Below, piece by piece: positions 29,637 through 40,817 of a stretch of 64,000 nucleotides of DNA. A program made the position numbers and the translations under genes. Source of the DNA: an uncultured Acidimicrobiales bacterium (GTDB taxonomy: Bacteria; Actinomycetota; Acidimicrobiia; Acidimicrobiales; SHLQ01). The notes beneath the pieces were generated by a model. The model saw nothing but the letters and a program-made list of their open reading frames with translations. It did no database searches and was not told where the DNA came from. The stretch covers positions 3,005-67,004 of the forward strand of contig CALGZB010000070.1 in NCBI GenBank assembly GCA_937934655.1, written 5' to 3'. Each line of letters starts with the position of its first letter. Positions within the stretch are counted from its first letter, which is position 1.

Positions 29637-30788
29637 TTAGGCGAGCTTCTTCGGGTTCTTCAGCAGTTCGAGCAACGAGTGCGCTGTTGGCAGGTTGCTC
29701 AGACGGTGGTTCTGGAAGCGAGTGATTCGACGCTGCCGGCCGTCGCGGACGCCAGCGATGCCGGCGTTCATGCTCATGACCTTTTTGATCTGGCCATCGA
29801 GTTTTCCATCGCCAGAGATGAGGTAGCCGCCGATGTGTTCGAGCTGCTCGCGGATGGAACCGACGTCGGAGGCAAGGACAGCACAGCCGGCCGCGGCGGC
29901 CTCGTAGATCACGATTGGCTGCGCATCGGCAACGTCTCGAGTCGGAAGAACAAAGATGTCGATGTCGTTAAACCACTCGCACCGGTCGTGATCATCAACC
30001 GGGTATTCGGCGTGATGAACCCGGTGCGGGTGACGGGCAGTTACTTCGAGAAGAGTTGAGCTGACCTCAAGGTCATCCATACTGCCGGCGATGTGCAGCT
30101 CGATTGCCAAACCGCTGTCGGCGAGTCGAGCGAAGGCTTCGATGACATCGAGTGCGCCGTCTTCGACCGTGAGAGCTCCCAAGAAACCAAGAATGATTGG
30201 TCGGCTTGTACCGACGTCTGGGGCTTCGTAGCCGGCAAGTTTGGCGACGACATCGTCGGCAAGGAACACACTGTTGTCGACGATCACGACGCGATCAGGG
30301 TCACCCGAATGAGCAGCAAGCTCGGCCATTCGTTGCGACGGGACGACTTCGAGCGCCGGTTGGCAGAGCCTCCGGAAGAGTCGGAGGTGGTTGGTTGAGG
30401 CAGAGAGATAGACATCACTGTGGTGCACGGCCACTACTGGCAGACCAAGCGTGCTGGCCGGAACTGCGCCGAGCGCGCCACGGACTGCGGTGTCGGAAGG
30501 AACCGTTACAAGGAAGGCCCCAGTTCCACTTGAACCGCGCCGGGAGCGACCAAAGAGCGAACGGACCGGAGCGACGGCATCGGAGAGATTGACCTCGCAA
30601 AGATCGACCGCATCGGACCGTTGCAGGTACTGCAACATGGCGTCGGTAGAACCGGCGGCCGTCGATGTGGCGGACGAGAGCGTGGATGACACAACGACCC
30701 GCGCATACGTGGCTCTTGTCGTTTCCTGCCGCTGCATCACACTGTGATTCAGCTCGTCCCAAGCCATGTTCGTCATCACTACACCCAT
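29637..30788 (-). CDS. Glycosyltransferase family 4 (divergent)
   Basis: LGFLGAL, LHIAGS, DIFVLPT..PIVIYEAAAAGCAVLASDVGSIRE. Confidence 0.7.
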   Translation of the reverse strand: MGVVMTNMAWDELNHSVMQRQETTRATYARVVVSSTLSSATSTAAGSTDAMLQYLQRSDAVDLCEVNLSDAVAPVRSLFGRSRRGSSGTGAFLVTVPSDTAVRGALGAVPASTLGLPVVAVHHSDVYLSASTNHLRLFRRLCQPALEVVPSQRMAELAAHSGDPDRVVIVDNSVFLADDVVAKLAGYEAPDVGTSRPIILGFLGALTVEDGALDVIEAFARLADSGLAIELHIAGSMDDLEVSSTLLEVTARHPHRVHHAEYPVDDHDRCEWFNDIDIFVLPTRDVADAQPIVIYEAAAAGCAVLASDVGSIREQLEHIGGYLISGDGKLDGQIKKVMSMNAGIAGVRDGRQRRITRFQNHRLSNLPTAHSLLELLKNPKKLA

Positions 30789-30972
30789 CGGCGAATGACG
30801 TTCGTCGATGAGGATTCAGACCGACATTTGTCGAGATGGGCGGAAGAGTGGACCTGAAACGGAGCTATAACTCGTCGGGGCAGTCGTCCTTCCTAAGTTT
30901 CGGTCCGAGTAGGCCGATTGGACTACGACCCTGCGACACCGAATCCGCCGTCGCGCATACTTAAAGGCCCTT

Positions 30973-32541
30973 GTGCACGTAGCTAGTCCGCGAATTCTCG
31001 AACCAGTTGAGGTTGATAACGACGCTTCGTCGGACTTGTACGAAGGCTTTCTACCTCCGCGCCGAGTCAGTCTCTTGAATTCTTGGCTCTCTCTTGCGGC
31101 AATAGCTACTGCCATGACTGTCGTTGCCTCATTGCTTCGGCCTGCCTCCTCACTTGGCCTCGGAATAACAATGATCCCTTACGTTTCAAGCGTTTTGGCG
31201 AACGCTCGGGTCGTTCTACTCCTTTCGAAGCACGTCCGCACTCCCGATTTAGGAGCGCTCAACCCGTACTCAATCGTGGTATGCATCGTGTGCACGATCT
31301 ACGTGGCGAGACCCCTCTTTATACTCCGTTCGGGAATCCTAGGCTCGGCCGGCACGAGTGAGCAGTCTCTCGCCGGTATGGAAACTGCAATGGCAAACGC
31401 GCTTGCGTCCACTTCATTGGCAATATCCGTGCTTTCCACTGGTCTCGTAGCCGGAGTTCTATCTGCTTCAAGTTCGTCAAACGGGCGCAACGTCACTACC
31501 CGGGCCCGGCCCCGTGGCGACAAAAGCATCGGGATACTTGGACTAATCGCGACCTTTCTTCTTGTCCTGGTACTCCGAACCATCTTTGATTCAGAACGAG
31601 GATTCTTCGGAGCACTTACCGCTCGGCAACTGACATTCGAAGCCAAAATGCACCTGCTTTGGGCAGCTGAATACCTCCGCCTTGCAGTCATAGCCCTTAT
31701 TGGTGCGCGCAGGTCCGCTGGCTCAAAGGTGGGAACACCCATCAAAGCTCTGTACGGCGCAACAATATGTCTCGACTTCCTATCGGGTTCCCGCACCGAA
31801 CTCCTGCTCAACAACCTGCTGCTTTGCGCAGCTGTCCTCCTCGTTACTTCGGTACGGTCAAATCGCCTGCAACAACGTGACATGATTCGATTTGCGGGAG
31901 TCCTTGCTGCGCTGTGTTTCTTCGTAGGGTTTGTTGCACTGCGCCAATACGTACGTGACGAACGAGGTCAGTTTGATGCTTCTGCAGTCGTGACTTCTGT
32001 GATCCGAATGGATGAGTACATTCTTGACTCAGACGAAGCTGCGGGATTCGACTATCTCGTTCAGATCCAAGGCGAATTCCCACGCTCGCACCAGTACCGC
32101 GGACTTAGTGGAGTCGCTTCGATCGCCGCCGCCCCAATCCCATCCGCGATTTTTCCAGGCAAGCCTGACAGGGCATCAGTTGCCCTAACAGCAGTACTTG
32201 CCCCCGATCGCGTGAAACAAAACGCCAACATCGCCGTCTCTGGATTCGCTGACTTGTATTCGATAGGAGGACTGGCATCGCTCTTACTAGGCAGCGCAAT
32301 TGTCGGAACCTTGCTCGGCTTCTGTATGCGGTTTGCCAGAAATTTCAGTGCACCGTATGTCCGGGTCATCGTTGCCTATGCAGTAGCTCTCTCCATGATG
32401 GACGCAATTCGTTCCGATATTTTCTCAGCCGCTCTTACCCCAGCGAGGCTGGTTTTGGTTTGGGTGGCACTCAAGACGGTCCTACTAATTAGTCGTGGGG
32501 TGGAACCCGTACCTTCGGACATCCCCGGACCCACCGTCTAG
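30973..32541 (+). CDS. Wzy-like polysaccharide polymerase
   Basis: More than 10 TM segments, SGSRTEL, extracytoplasmic loop with IPSAIFPGKP and ADLYSIGG; first gene of the polysaccharide run. Confidence 0.6.
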   Translation: MHVASPRILEPVEVDNDASSDLYEGFLPPRRVSLLNSWLSLAAIATAMTVVASLLRPASSLGLGITMIPYVSSVLANARVVLLLSKHVRTPDLGALNPYSIVVCIVCTIYVARPLFILRSGILGSAGTSEQSLAGMETAMANALASTSLAISVLSTGLVAGVLSASSSSNGRNVTTRARPRGDKSIGILGLIATFLLVLVLRTIFDSERGFFGALTARQLTFEAKMHLLWAAEYLRLAVIALIGARRSAGSKVGTPIKALYGATICLDFLSGSRTELLLNNLLLCAAVLLVTSVRSNRLQQRDMIRFAGVLAALCFFVGFVALRQYVRDERGQFDASAVVTSVIRMDEYILDSDEAAGFDYLVQIQGEFPRSHQYRGLSGVASIAAAPIPSAIFPGKPDRASVALTAVLAPDRVKQNANIAVSGFADLYSIGGLASLLLGSAIVGTLLGFCMRFARNFSAPYVRVIVAYAVALSMMDAIRSDIFSAALTPARLVLVWVALKTVLLISRGVEPVPSDIPGPTV

Positions 32542-32689
32542 TTCCCTTAGGCCATCCTCGTAGTCAATCCATTGTCTTGAGATTTGCTGCATCGCAGACC
32601 GACGCGCCGATATGCCTGACCAGGGATCAGGGCGGAGGTTTTATGGGCAAAAAGACTCATGACATGGGCCTTTAGGCCGATCGGTACTG

Positions 32690-33685
32690 ATGCCAATGAT
32701 TCAGTTACCGGCAACACCGTTGAATAAGGACGCCCGCATCTTTGTTGCAGGCCACGGTGGTCTTGTCGGCTCCGCGATCCTCAGAAATCTCAAGGGTCGT
32801 GGCTACCACAACATCCTCGTCGCGACGCGAAATGAACTGGACCTGAGGGATCAGGCAGCAGTGAATGAGTGGTTCGAGAAACACGAGCCGGAATTCGTAT
32901 TCCTGGTCGCCGGAACCGTTGGCGGAATTCTCGCTAACTCCACTCGGCCAGCCGAGTTCCTCTACGACAACATGATGATTCACGGAACTGTGGTTCACGC
33001 CGCGTACCAAACTGGCGTGCAAAAACTGCTTTACCTTGGCAGCTCGTGCATCTACCCACGAAACGCTCCACAACCAATCTCCGAGGACTCGCTATTAACC
33101 GGCCCCCTCGAGCCAACGAACGAGGGGTATGCGCTGGCCAAGATCTCGGGGATCAAGTTGTGCGACTACTACCGGGAACAATACGGATGTGACTTCATCT
33201 CCGCGATGCCCACGAATCTCTACGGGCCATTTGACAACTTTGACCTCCAGTCAAGTCATGTGTTGCCGGCGCTAATCCGGAAGTTCCACGAAGCAAAACT
33301 CACCGGCGATGCGGTCGAGATCTGGGGAACCGGCGCCGCTGAACGAGAGTTCCTCTTTGTCGATGACCTAGCCGACTGTTGTCACTTCCTCATGGAGAAC
33401 TACTCCGAAGCTGGCCACATCAACGTTGGCACTGGAGTGGATCTAAGTATCAAAGACTTGGCACTGCTCATCCGGTCGGTCGTCTTCCCCGAGGCTGACC
33501 TGGTGTTTGACGACACCAAACCAGACGGCATGCCGAAAAAGGTCCTCAACGTAGACAAGTTGACCGAACGAGGATGGAGAGCATCCGTGGAACTCCAAAG
33601 CGGCATTGAGCGCACCTATAGCTGGTTTGTCGAAAACCAGACTTCCATTCGCAAGACCCACGAACAGGAACACGACTATGCGTAA
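32690..33685 (+). CDS. fcl: GDP-L-fucose synthase
   Basis: [56 protein letters not shown]...REFL, KPDGMP. Confidence 0.95.
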   Translation: MPMIQLPATPLNKDARIFVAGHGGLVGSAILRNLKGRGYHNILVATRNELDLRDQAAVNEWFEKHEPEFVFLVAGTVGGILANSTRPAEFLYDNMMIHGTVVHAAYQTGVQKLLYLGSSCIYPRNAPQPISEDSLLTGPLEPTNEGYALAKISGIKLCDYYREQYGCDFISAMPTNLYGPFDNFDLQSSHVLPALIRKFHEAKLTGDAVEIWGTGAAEREFLFVDDLADCCHFLMENYSEAGHINVGTGVDLSIKDLALLIRSVVFPEADLVFDDTKPDGMPKKVLNVDKLTERGWRASVELQSGIERTYSWFVENQTSIRKTHEQEHDYA

Positions 33686-34700
33686 GGCGATTGTTACCGG
33701 CGCCGCTGGCCAAGACGGCTCATACTTGTGTGAGCTACTGCTGGACAAGGGCTACGAAGTCCACGGGATAGTCCGACGAACTTCTTCCGGCGGCGAAACA
33801 CGGCTGACCCATCTTGAACACGACCCCAATGCCTCGGGCCGGTTCTTCCTTCATCATGGCGATCAGCTCGATACGGGTCGCCTGGTTCAACTCTTGTCCA
33901 AGGTAGAACCAGACGAGTTTTATAACCTTGCTGCCCAGAGTCACGTTCGGGTTTCCTTCGAGATACCCGAATCAACCGTCGACGTTACTGGTGTCGCTCC
34001 TCTCCGTGCTTTAGAGAGCATCCGACTACTCGGGCTCGAAACCCGCTTCTATCAGGCGTCATCTTCCGAAATGTTCGGATCCACGAACCCTCCACAGAAC
34101 GAACTCAGCCCGCTTCATCCACGGAGTCCGTACGCGTGCGCCAAGGTGCTAGCTCACCACTTGACGGTCAACTACCGGGAGTCTTATGGACTGCACGCAG
34201 TCAGCGGAATTCTCTTTAACCATGAGAGTCCGCGCCGCGGAGAGAACTTTGTGACTCGAAAGATCACGAAGGCCGTCTCGGCAATTGTCCGCGGTGAACA
34301 ACAGCACCTCTTCCTTGGCAACCTCGATGCCAAGCGAGACTGGGGATTTGCTGGAGACTACGTCGAAGCGATGTGGCGGATGCTCCAGGCAGACAGCCCT
34401 GACGATTTCGTCGTAGCAACCGGAGAAGCGTTTTCGGTGCAACAATTTTGCGACCTTGCGTTCGGACATGTGGGACTCAAGTGGCAGGACTACGTCCGTT
34501 ATGACGCCCGGTTCGAACGACCGGCAGAAGTTGATCACCTGCTGGGTGATGCATCCAAGGCGAAAGCAATCTTGGACTGGACCCCCACTGTTTCGTTTGA
34601 GGAACTTGTTACCCGAATGGTCGATGCCGACCTCCAATCATCAGACAAATCCGTGGTGGATCTGACGACCGAGCACAACGATGCGCATTCTCATTCATGA
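33678..34700 (+). CDS. gmd: GDP-mannose 4,6-dehydratase
   Basis: [65 protein letters not shown]; ATG 33678 overlaps the fcl stop. Confidence 0.95.
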   Translation: MRKAIVTGAAGQDGSYLCELLLDKGYEVHGIVRRTSSGGETRLTHLEHDPNASGRFFLHHGDQLDTGRLVQLLSKVEPDEFYNLAAQSHVRVSFEIPESTVDVTGVAPLRALESIRLLGLETRFYQASSSEMFGSTNPPQNELSPLHPRSPYACAKVLAHHLTVNYRESYGLHAVSGILFNHESPRRGENFVTRKITKAVSAIVRGEQQHLFLGNLDAKRDWGFAGDYVEAMWRMLQADSPDDFVVATGEAFSVQQFCDLAFGHVGLKWQDYVRYDARFERPAEVDHLLGDASKAKAILDWTPTVSFEELVTRMVDADLQSSDKSVVDLTTEHNDAHSHS

Positions 34701-35913
34701 CTTTGGGGCCTACCCATTCTCAGTACAACTCAGTCGAGAGCTAGCTACCCGTGGCCACGAAGTTCTCTACGTATACTTTGACGAGAGCTCGAGCGTTCGC
34801 GGCGAAGTTGCTCGACGAAAGGACGATCCGGCTGGATTCGCCACCGTCGGAATCGGTCGAGACGATAAATCCAGACGGTCATCGTTCGCGAAGCGACTAC
34901 TGCACGACTTCGACTATGCATTGCATCTGACGGCCGAAGCGCGCACCTTTTCACCCGATGTGGTTGTATCCGCAGACTGCCCCCTGATCAGCCAGAAAGC
35001 CCTCCAGGCATTCGCGTCTCGATCGAATGCGAAGTTCGTCTTTTGGTTACAAGATCTTTTCGGCATTGCGATAGAGGCTGTTGTTGGCAGGAAACACCCC
35101 AAACTCTCAAAGCTTGTTGCGGCTCCGTTCAAGCTCCTCGAACACCACGTCCTAAAGGCGAGCGACCAGGTGCTCGCCATCTCGCCAGCTTTCCAGGACT
35201 ACGTCGAGTCGGTCACCCACGAGGACTCTTCAACCGTCCTCTTCCCAAACTGGGCTCCCCTGAACAGCGTCCCAAACCACCCAGAAGTGCCTGACCAGCT
35301 CGGACTGCCGAAGAGCAAACGCATCCTCTATTCAGGAACGCTCGGGCTCAAGCACAACCCAGATTTTCTTGCAGAGCTAGCAACAGCTGTCGGCCGGGAC
35401 AATGCTCACGTTGTCGTGGTGAGCGAAGGACCTGGACGCGATCGGTTGGAGCAACTGAAGGCCGAGGGTTCGATCGAGAACCTTTTCTTGCTGGACTTCC
35501 AACCATTTGAAGATGTGCCGTCAGTTCTCGGGTCGGCTGACGTACTCGTCGCCTTACTCACCGCAGATGCCTCGGCATTCTCTGTGCCCTCAAAGATTCT
35601 CGGCTACCTGGCAGCTGGTCGCCCGGTGTTAGCCCTCATGCCTTTAGACAACTACTCAGCAGAAATCGTAAAGGATGCCGGCGCAGGGATCGTCGTCCAC
35701 CCCGCCGATCACCGTGAAGCAATCAACGAAGTTAAAGCACTTCTTCAGAGTTCTCAGAAGTCAAAGCAGCTCGGCGAGAATGCTCGAAACTATGCCGAGT
35801 CCGAATTCAACATCGCAACGATTGCCGACCGTTTCGAAGAGGCTTGCGGCATCGAGGCATCCATCAACCTGAACGAAACGATCGCGAGCCCAACGGTGGG
35901 TGCAGCGCTATGA
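34681..35913 (+). CDS. Glycosyltransferase family 4 (WcaI-like)
   Basis: [36 protein letters not shown]. Confidence 0.82.
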   Translation: MRILIHDFGAYPFSVQLSRELATRGHEVLYVYFDESSSVRGEVARRKDDPAGFATVGIGRDDKSRRSSFAKRLLHDFDYALHLTAEARTFSPDVVVSADCPLISQKALQAFASRSNAKFVFWLQDLFGIAIEAVVGRKHPKLSKLVAAPFKLLEHHVLKASDQVLAISPAFQDYVESVTHEDSSTVLFPNWAPLNSVPNHPEVPDQLGLPKSKRILYSGTLGLKHNPDFLAELATAVGRDNAHVVVVSEGPGRDRLEQLKAEGSIENLFLLDFQPFEDVPSVLGSADVLVALLTADASAFSVPSKILGYLAAGRPVLALMPLDNYSAEIVKDAGAGIVVHPADHREAINEVKALLQSSQKSKQLGENARNYAESEFNIATIADRFEEACGIEASINLNETIASPTVGAAL

Positions 35914-37022
35914 GGCTCGTCTTCAACGCCATTCAACTCCGACCCCGGATGGCCGGAGTACGAACCCTCGCTGGCGGACTATTGCAAGGAATTCAAAATG
36001 CTGCAGGAGAGTCGAAGAACGAACTCGAACTAATCGTCGTAACAACGGCTCTTGGCCAAGACGCTCTTGAACAGGCGGGAGTCGATATCGGCCAACTCTC
36101 CCGAAATCACAGACTCGTTCTTCTTCCCTCTTGGTGCGCCCGTTCGGGCGCTGCCCTAATGACAACGATCGTGGTTCTACCAATCATCAGCGCCTGGTTT
36201 CGAGCGACTGCGATTCTTAGTTACGACTACATGTCACCGATCTTCAGCACGGCGAAACGGATCACCGTCGTGACCGACCTTCGCCTGCAAGAACTACGGA
36301 AGATCAAGCTCCGCCCGTTCCCCGTTCTCATACGGTCAATATGCAACCTCGCAAACAGCAGATTTGCTGACTCCGTCATCGCCATCTCTGAACACTCTGC
36401 AGCCGAGTTCACGTCGGTCTACGGAAATCATGGTGGGAACGTCGCTGCAATTCCGCTCGGCGTCCATCCCAAGGAGCGCCGAACAGTTTCACCTTCGCCA
36501 GGCCAGATCGCCACGATTGGCACGACACATTTGCACAAGCGTTTCGCCACCCTTGTGCAAGCGGCAGCAATTCTGGCGGAGCGGGGACTCGTCTTCCAGG
36601 TCCATCACTACGGTTTCGATGGCGATCAGGATTCTGAGCTGAAGAGACTTGTTGTCGACGAAGGGCTTGAAGGCCAGTTCCACTTTCACGGACATGTCGA
36701 CGCCAAAACACTCGATCTCGCTCTTCAGTCCGCCTCTATCTACGTGGCCACGAGCGAATACGAGGGCTTTGGTCTGACACCTGCCGAGGCAGCATCTCAC
36801 GGAGTAACAGTCGTTGCGTCCGACATTCCAGCCCATCGCGCCGCAGTTCCCTCAGCCGACTTCTTTCCCGTTGGAGACTGCAAAGCCCTTGCAACCGTTT
36901 TGGGCCGCTGTCTGGACAATCAACAACACAGCCCCCCAGAGCGAAGTGCTATCCGAAGCTGGACAAATGTTGGACAAGAATATATCGACCTAATCGATTC
37001 AACGATGGCGGATGTCTCATGA
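35910..37022 (+). CDS. Glycosyltransferase family 4
   Basis: IAISEHS, HK motif, SEYEGFGLTPAEAASHG..VVASDIP; ATGA overlap with the previous gene. Confidence 0.82.
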   Translation: MRLVFNAIQLRPRMAGVRTLAGGLLQGIQNAAGESKNELELIVVTTALGQDALEQAGVDIGQLSRNHRLVLLPSWCARSGAALMTTIVVLPIISAWFRATAILSYDYMSPIFSTAKRITVVTDLRLQELRKIKLRPFPVLIRSICNLANSRFADSVIAISEHSAAEFTSVYGNHGGNVAAIPLGVHPKERRTVSPSPGQIATIGTTHLHKRFATLVQAAAILAERGLVFQVHHYGFDGDQDSELKRLVVDEGLEGQFHFHGHVDAKTLDLALQSASIYVATSEYEGFGLTPAEAASHGVTVVASDIPAHRAAVPSADFFPVGDCKALATVLGRCLDNQQHSPPERSAIRSWTNVGQEYIDLIDSTMADVS

Positions 37023-39448
37023 CCGCCAGTCGGTTCCAAATAACCCTTGCTGACCAGGCTGTTTCTTCGGCAACCAACTTTGGTGTTGCCCTTATTCTGC
37101 TTCTTACAACATCGGTGGCAGAGTTCGGCCGTTTCGGATTCGCGGTCACGCTTGCACTCGTCGTGCTTAGCGTTACTAGAGCGATCGCTTCAGAACCGTT
37201 CATTCTTCGAGCCCAAGCATCCACCTCCAGCTGCGCCGATTCTGACGCAGCGGCATTCTGGGGGGCCACAGTGACTGGTCTCGCTCTCCTCTTCATATCA
37301 TGGGTAGCCGTAGGTCTAACGGGCGCTGTTGTCTTCGTCTGCCTAGGCGCGGGCATTCTTGGTCTCCAGGACCACCGACGCTACGTATCTTTCGCAAACG
37401 GCGAGCCGGCGTCCGCCCTTAGTTCGGACACTTGGTGGCTCTTGACGACAATGGCCCTACTCGCCGTTGCCCAGCCGGCTCTCTCCTTCTCAAACCGGAG
37501 CATGTCTGCGTCGATGGCAGCCTTCTGCTGGGTAGCCGGCGCTGCTGTTTCGTTCGCCGCCACTGCAAAGCAAACCTCGTCTGACTCGAGCATCCCAAAC
37601 CTGCGCGGCTCAGCACGAGGATGGTTGCGGTCGACATCGCGCCTCGGAAAGTCCTTTCTCGCTGAGCTCCTTCTTGAGCGCGTCAGTTTCCAAATCGGAA
37701 TGATCGTTGCCGCCTCCTACTTGATCGCATCCGATTTCGGTTCTCTGCGAGTTACGCACTTTGTGTACGGCCCAGTGGCCATTCTTGCGGGTGGAATCTA
37801 CACATTTCTGCTGAGTGAGTTTCAACGCCGAACCCTTGATGGCCAGTCATCCCTCGTTCACCGCTCCCTGTCCTCAAGCTGGATCGTGATAGTCGGTACG
37901 TCGCCGGTCTGGTTGCTTCTCCCGAGCTCGATTACCGAATTGGTGCCCTGGGATTCTTCATCGTCAATTCGCATCTCGCTAACTCTGGCTCACCTCACGT
38001 ACGGCGGATGGATAGTCGGCGCTGTTGGTCGAGCAAAGCTCCGCTATGACGAGGCCTTAACTGTCTCAGCCGGAATTCGAGCTTTCAACGGCGCACTATT
38101 TATTGGTGGCGTACTGGTCGCTCTCGGCGCATCCGAACCTCTCCTTGGCTTCCTTATCGCTTTTGCAGTCGCATCATTCGCTACAGCCATCATCTGGACA
38201 ATTGCTGTCCTTCGCCTAGCAGCAAATCAAATCAATGAAACGGAAATAGACACCTTGACTGACACCACAACCGTAGGTACGGCTGCTGTTGATACTTCAG
38301 ACGACGTAGTTGACCTCAGAGAGAGTCCATCCGTCACGCATGTGATCTCGGGACTGAAGTTCTTCGAGAATGGTGCCCTGATTGGCGGTCACGCCAATGC
38401 TCTGCGGGGTCTCGTCCGGGCTCAAGCTACTCAGGCCGACGTTGACTCTCAGGACCTCCCCGAGGTGCTGCCCCTGCGCTCGATGACTGCTCGGTCGGTG
38501 GGATTCGGCGGCGTTGTCCACACCGGCGGAATAACTTCGTTCTGGCGAACGATTGTCAGGCAGCGGACAAAAGGCTCCCGTGGAGTTCTTCACTTCCATA
38601 TTGGTTACTTGGACTACGTCATACTCGCCCAGTTATCCCGTCTCGCCCGGTTTGAGCGTGTAATCGTCACCCACTACTGCCCAGCGCCAATGATTCGGCC
38701 CGAGATTGGCGGCTCACTTCGCGGTCGCCTGCTCCGTCAAATGGCTCGAGGTATCGAGCACATTTCAATTAGCGAAAATGTTCAGCAAAGCCTTCGTGAC
38801 GCAGGCATTGACTCCCATGTGATCGCGCCTGCAGTCGACCTCACGGACTTCAACGACCAACAATCCGACCGCACCAATCGACATGCGACTCGTTTCATGT
38901 TCGTCGGAAACCTGCGGGAAGAGAAAAACCTCGTCGGTCTCATTCGTTCCTTCGGACAAGCCTCAATGAGCAACCCACAAATTCGATTGGTGGCAACCAT
39001 CGAAGACCAGGCTCTTACGTCCACTGAGTACGGCAAATTGGTAGCTCAGGAAATCGAACGATGGAATGTCAGAGACAAGGTCGAGATGGTCGGCGTAGTA
39101 AACGACATGCCGTCGCTCATGAACAGCTGCGATGCCATGATCTTGCCATTCCTAGGCACACGCGGTCCTTCTGACTACTTTCTGGCAGGACTCGAGGGGC
39201 TGGCAGCTGGCCTCCCACTTATCTGCACCGACGTTGGAGCCATGGCCGAAGTCGTCGACACCACCTGCGGCCGATTGATCAAACCCGCATCCGACCAAGA
39301 ACTTACCCAAGCTATATCGGCCTTTGCCGCCGGCTCACTGCCAACGGTTACAGCAAACAAGAGAACCGAACTTGTTGAGACTTTCAACCCGTCTCGGATA
39401 GCCGAACGAATGAATTCGATCTACCAAGAAATGGAACCCACCCGATGA
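37019..39448 (+). CDS. Wzx-like flippase fused to a GT4 glycosyltransferase
   Basis: N-terminal LADQAVSSATNF plus about 12 TM segments, acidic/Thr linker, then GT-B domain (FVGNLREEKN, LEGLAAGLPLICTDVGAMAEVV) in one open frame. Confidence 0.72.
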   Translation: MTASRFQITLADQAVSSATNFGVALILLLTTSVAEFGRFGFAVTLALVVLSVTRAIASEPFILRAQASTSSCADSDAAAFWGATVTGLALLFISWVAVGLTGAVVFVCLGAGILGLQDHRRYVSFANGEPASALSSDTWWLLTTMALLAVAQPALSFSNRSMSASMAAFCWVAGAAVSFAATAKQTSSDSSIPNLRGSARGWLRSTSRLGKSFLAELLLERVSFQIGMIVAASYLIASDFGSLRVTHFVYGPVAILAGGIYTFLLSEFQRRTLDGQSSLVHRSLSSSWIVIVGTSPVWLLLPSSITELVPWDSSSSIRISLTLAHLTYGGWIVGAVGRAKLRYDEALTVSAGIRAFNGALFIGGVLVALGASEPLLGFLIAFAVASFATAIIWTIAVLRLAANQINETEIDTLTDTTTVGTAAVDTSDDVVDLRESPSVTHVISGLKFFENGALIGGHANALRGLVRAQATQADVDSQDLPEVLPLRSMTARSVGFGGVVHTGGITSFWRTIVRQRTKGSRGVLHFHIGYLDYVILAQLSRLARFERVIVTHYCPAPMIRPEIGGSLRGRLLRQMARGIEHISISENVQQSLRDAGIDSHVIAPAVDLTDFNDQQSDRTNRHATRFMFVGNLREEKNLVGLIRSFGQASMSNPQIRLVATIEDQALTSTEYGKLVAQEIERWNVRDKVEMVGVVNDMPSLMNSCDAMILPFLGTRGPSDYFLAGLEGLAAGLPLICTDVGAMAEVVDTTCGRLIKPASDQELTQAISAFAAGSLPTVTANKRTELVETFNPSRIAERMNSIYQEMEPTR

Positions 39449-40188
39449 CCAACGCAATCCGCGATTTCTACCAACAAGACGCTGCAACCTACGACGAGCA
39501 GCGATGGGTAACACCCTCCGGGAAACAAGCCGCTGCCGATAGCGAACGTCTCATCGAGGAAGTCCTCGATGAGCACAACGTTTCGGGACGAGTTTTGGAG
39601 ATTGGTTGCGGCTCGGGCCGGATCACCGAGAAGATCGTGCGCCGATCCTCGGAGACGCTCCTCGTCGACCTCTCGTCAAACATGCTCGACTTCACCAAGG
39701 CCCGCGTCCAAGAGGCCGCAACCGGCCCGATCACGACCCACGTGGCCAGCGCCTACGAACTTCCACTGGAAACAGCGTCTGTTGACTCTGTGGTTTCAAT
39801 CAACGTACTGAGTCATATGGAAACTCCAGCGGACTTCATGTCGGAAGTTGCGCGCGTGGTCCGCCCTGGCGGAAGTGTTGTGTTGAACTTCCCAATTTGG
39901 CACAGCCTTTTCCTCCCCGGAGCGCTACTTGTAAAGGCAAGGAAGCGAGCGTTCAACTTCGACGTCTACTCACGTTGGTACTCGAGCAGAGAGGTCAGGG
40001 GTCTGTTCCTGGACGCTGGAATCACAATCAACAAGTCCTATGGCCAGTACTACGTGCCGCGAGCGATCGATAAGTTCGACGTAAGCAATCCGATTCGTCG
40101 AATCAACGAAAAGGCGCGTGCTGGCAGCATGCTGTCGAAGGCTGTGGCGCCCGCGCTACTTATTGCCGGAACTCAAACGACGATTTAG
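39445..40188 (+). CDS. Class I SAM-dependent methyltransferase
   Basis: VLEIGCGSG, VDLSSNML, LPLETASVD, RVVRPGG; ATGA-coupled to the fusion gene. Confidence 0.85.
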   Translation: MTNAIRDFYQQDAATYDEQRWVTPSGKQAAADSERLIEEVLDEHNVSGRVLEIGCGSGRITEKIVRRSSETLLVDLSSNMLDFTKARVQEAATGPITTHVASAYELPLETASVDSVVSINVLSHMETPADFMSEVARVVRPGGSVVLNFPIWHSLFLPGALLVKARKRAFNFDVYSRWYSSREVRGLFLDAGITINKSYGQYYVPRAIDKFDVSNPIRRINEKARAGSMLSKAVAPALLIAGTQTTI

Positions 40189-40748
40189 TCGAAGTTTTCC
40201 CAGTAGCGGCTTGGCCGTGGGCCTACCTGGCCTTGGTACTTGCTCTTTAGGTCGCCTGATCCGTAGGGGCGATCGGCGGGAGTCGTCATCATGTTGAAGC
40301 TGATCTGCCCGATCTTCATGCCCGGGTAGAGGGTGATGGGCAGATTGGCGACGTTGGAAAGCTCGAGCGTGAGCTGTCCATCCCAGCCGGCATCAACAAA
40401 ACCAGCGGTGCTGTGAATCAAGAGACCAAGACGACCAAGGCTGCTCTTGCCTTCAAGTCGAGCAACCAGGTCGTGCGGAATCGCCACGCGCTCTGAGGTT
40501 GAACCCAGCACAAACTCGCCGGGGTGAAGGATGAACGGACGCTCATCATCGGCCTCAACGAGCTCGGTGAGTTCTTCGAGATTTTGCTTCACATCGATGA
40601 CCGGCATCGTGTGGTTGCGAAAGACCCGGAACAGCGAGTCGAGATGAAGGTCGACCGACGACGGCTGCACGCAGCTGGGGTCGAATGGCTCGATGATGAT
40701 CTCGCCAGATTCTACTTTTTCTCGGATGGTTCTATCGGAAAGAATCAC
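40185..40748 (-). CDS. dcd: dCTP deaminase
   Basis: ILSDRTI, VQPSSVDL, LHPGEFVL, EGKSSLGRLGL..HSTAGFVDAG, LELSN, KYQGQ; GTG start with TAGTGT 7 nt upstream. Confidence 0.95.
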   Translation of the reverse strand: MILSDRTIREKVESGEIIIEPFDPSCVQPSSVDLHLDSLFRVFRNHTMPVIDVKQNLEELTELVEADDERPFILHPGEFVLGSTSERVAIPHDLVARLEGKSSLGRLGLLIHSTAGFVDAGWDGQLTLELSNVANLPITLYPGMKIGQISFNMMTTPADRPYGSGDLKSKYQGQVGPRPSRYWENFD

Positions 40749-40817
40749 GGCGCTGACACTAGTGCCAGCAGAACGCCGCAGCCCACGACGGGAACGTGGC
40801 CGCACTAGATTCAGCCC

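Noticed and set aside
32629-32640. ops/JUMPstart-like GGCGGAGG upstream of fcl
   Set aside because: Does not match GGCGGTAG, and RfaH-type control is not expected here; more likely chance or an RBS-like sequence.
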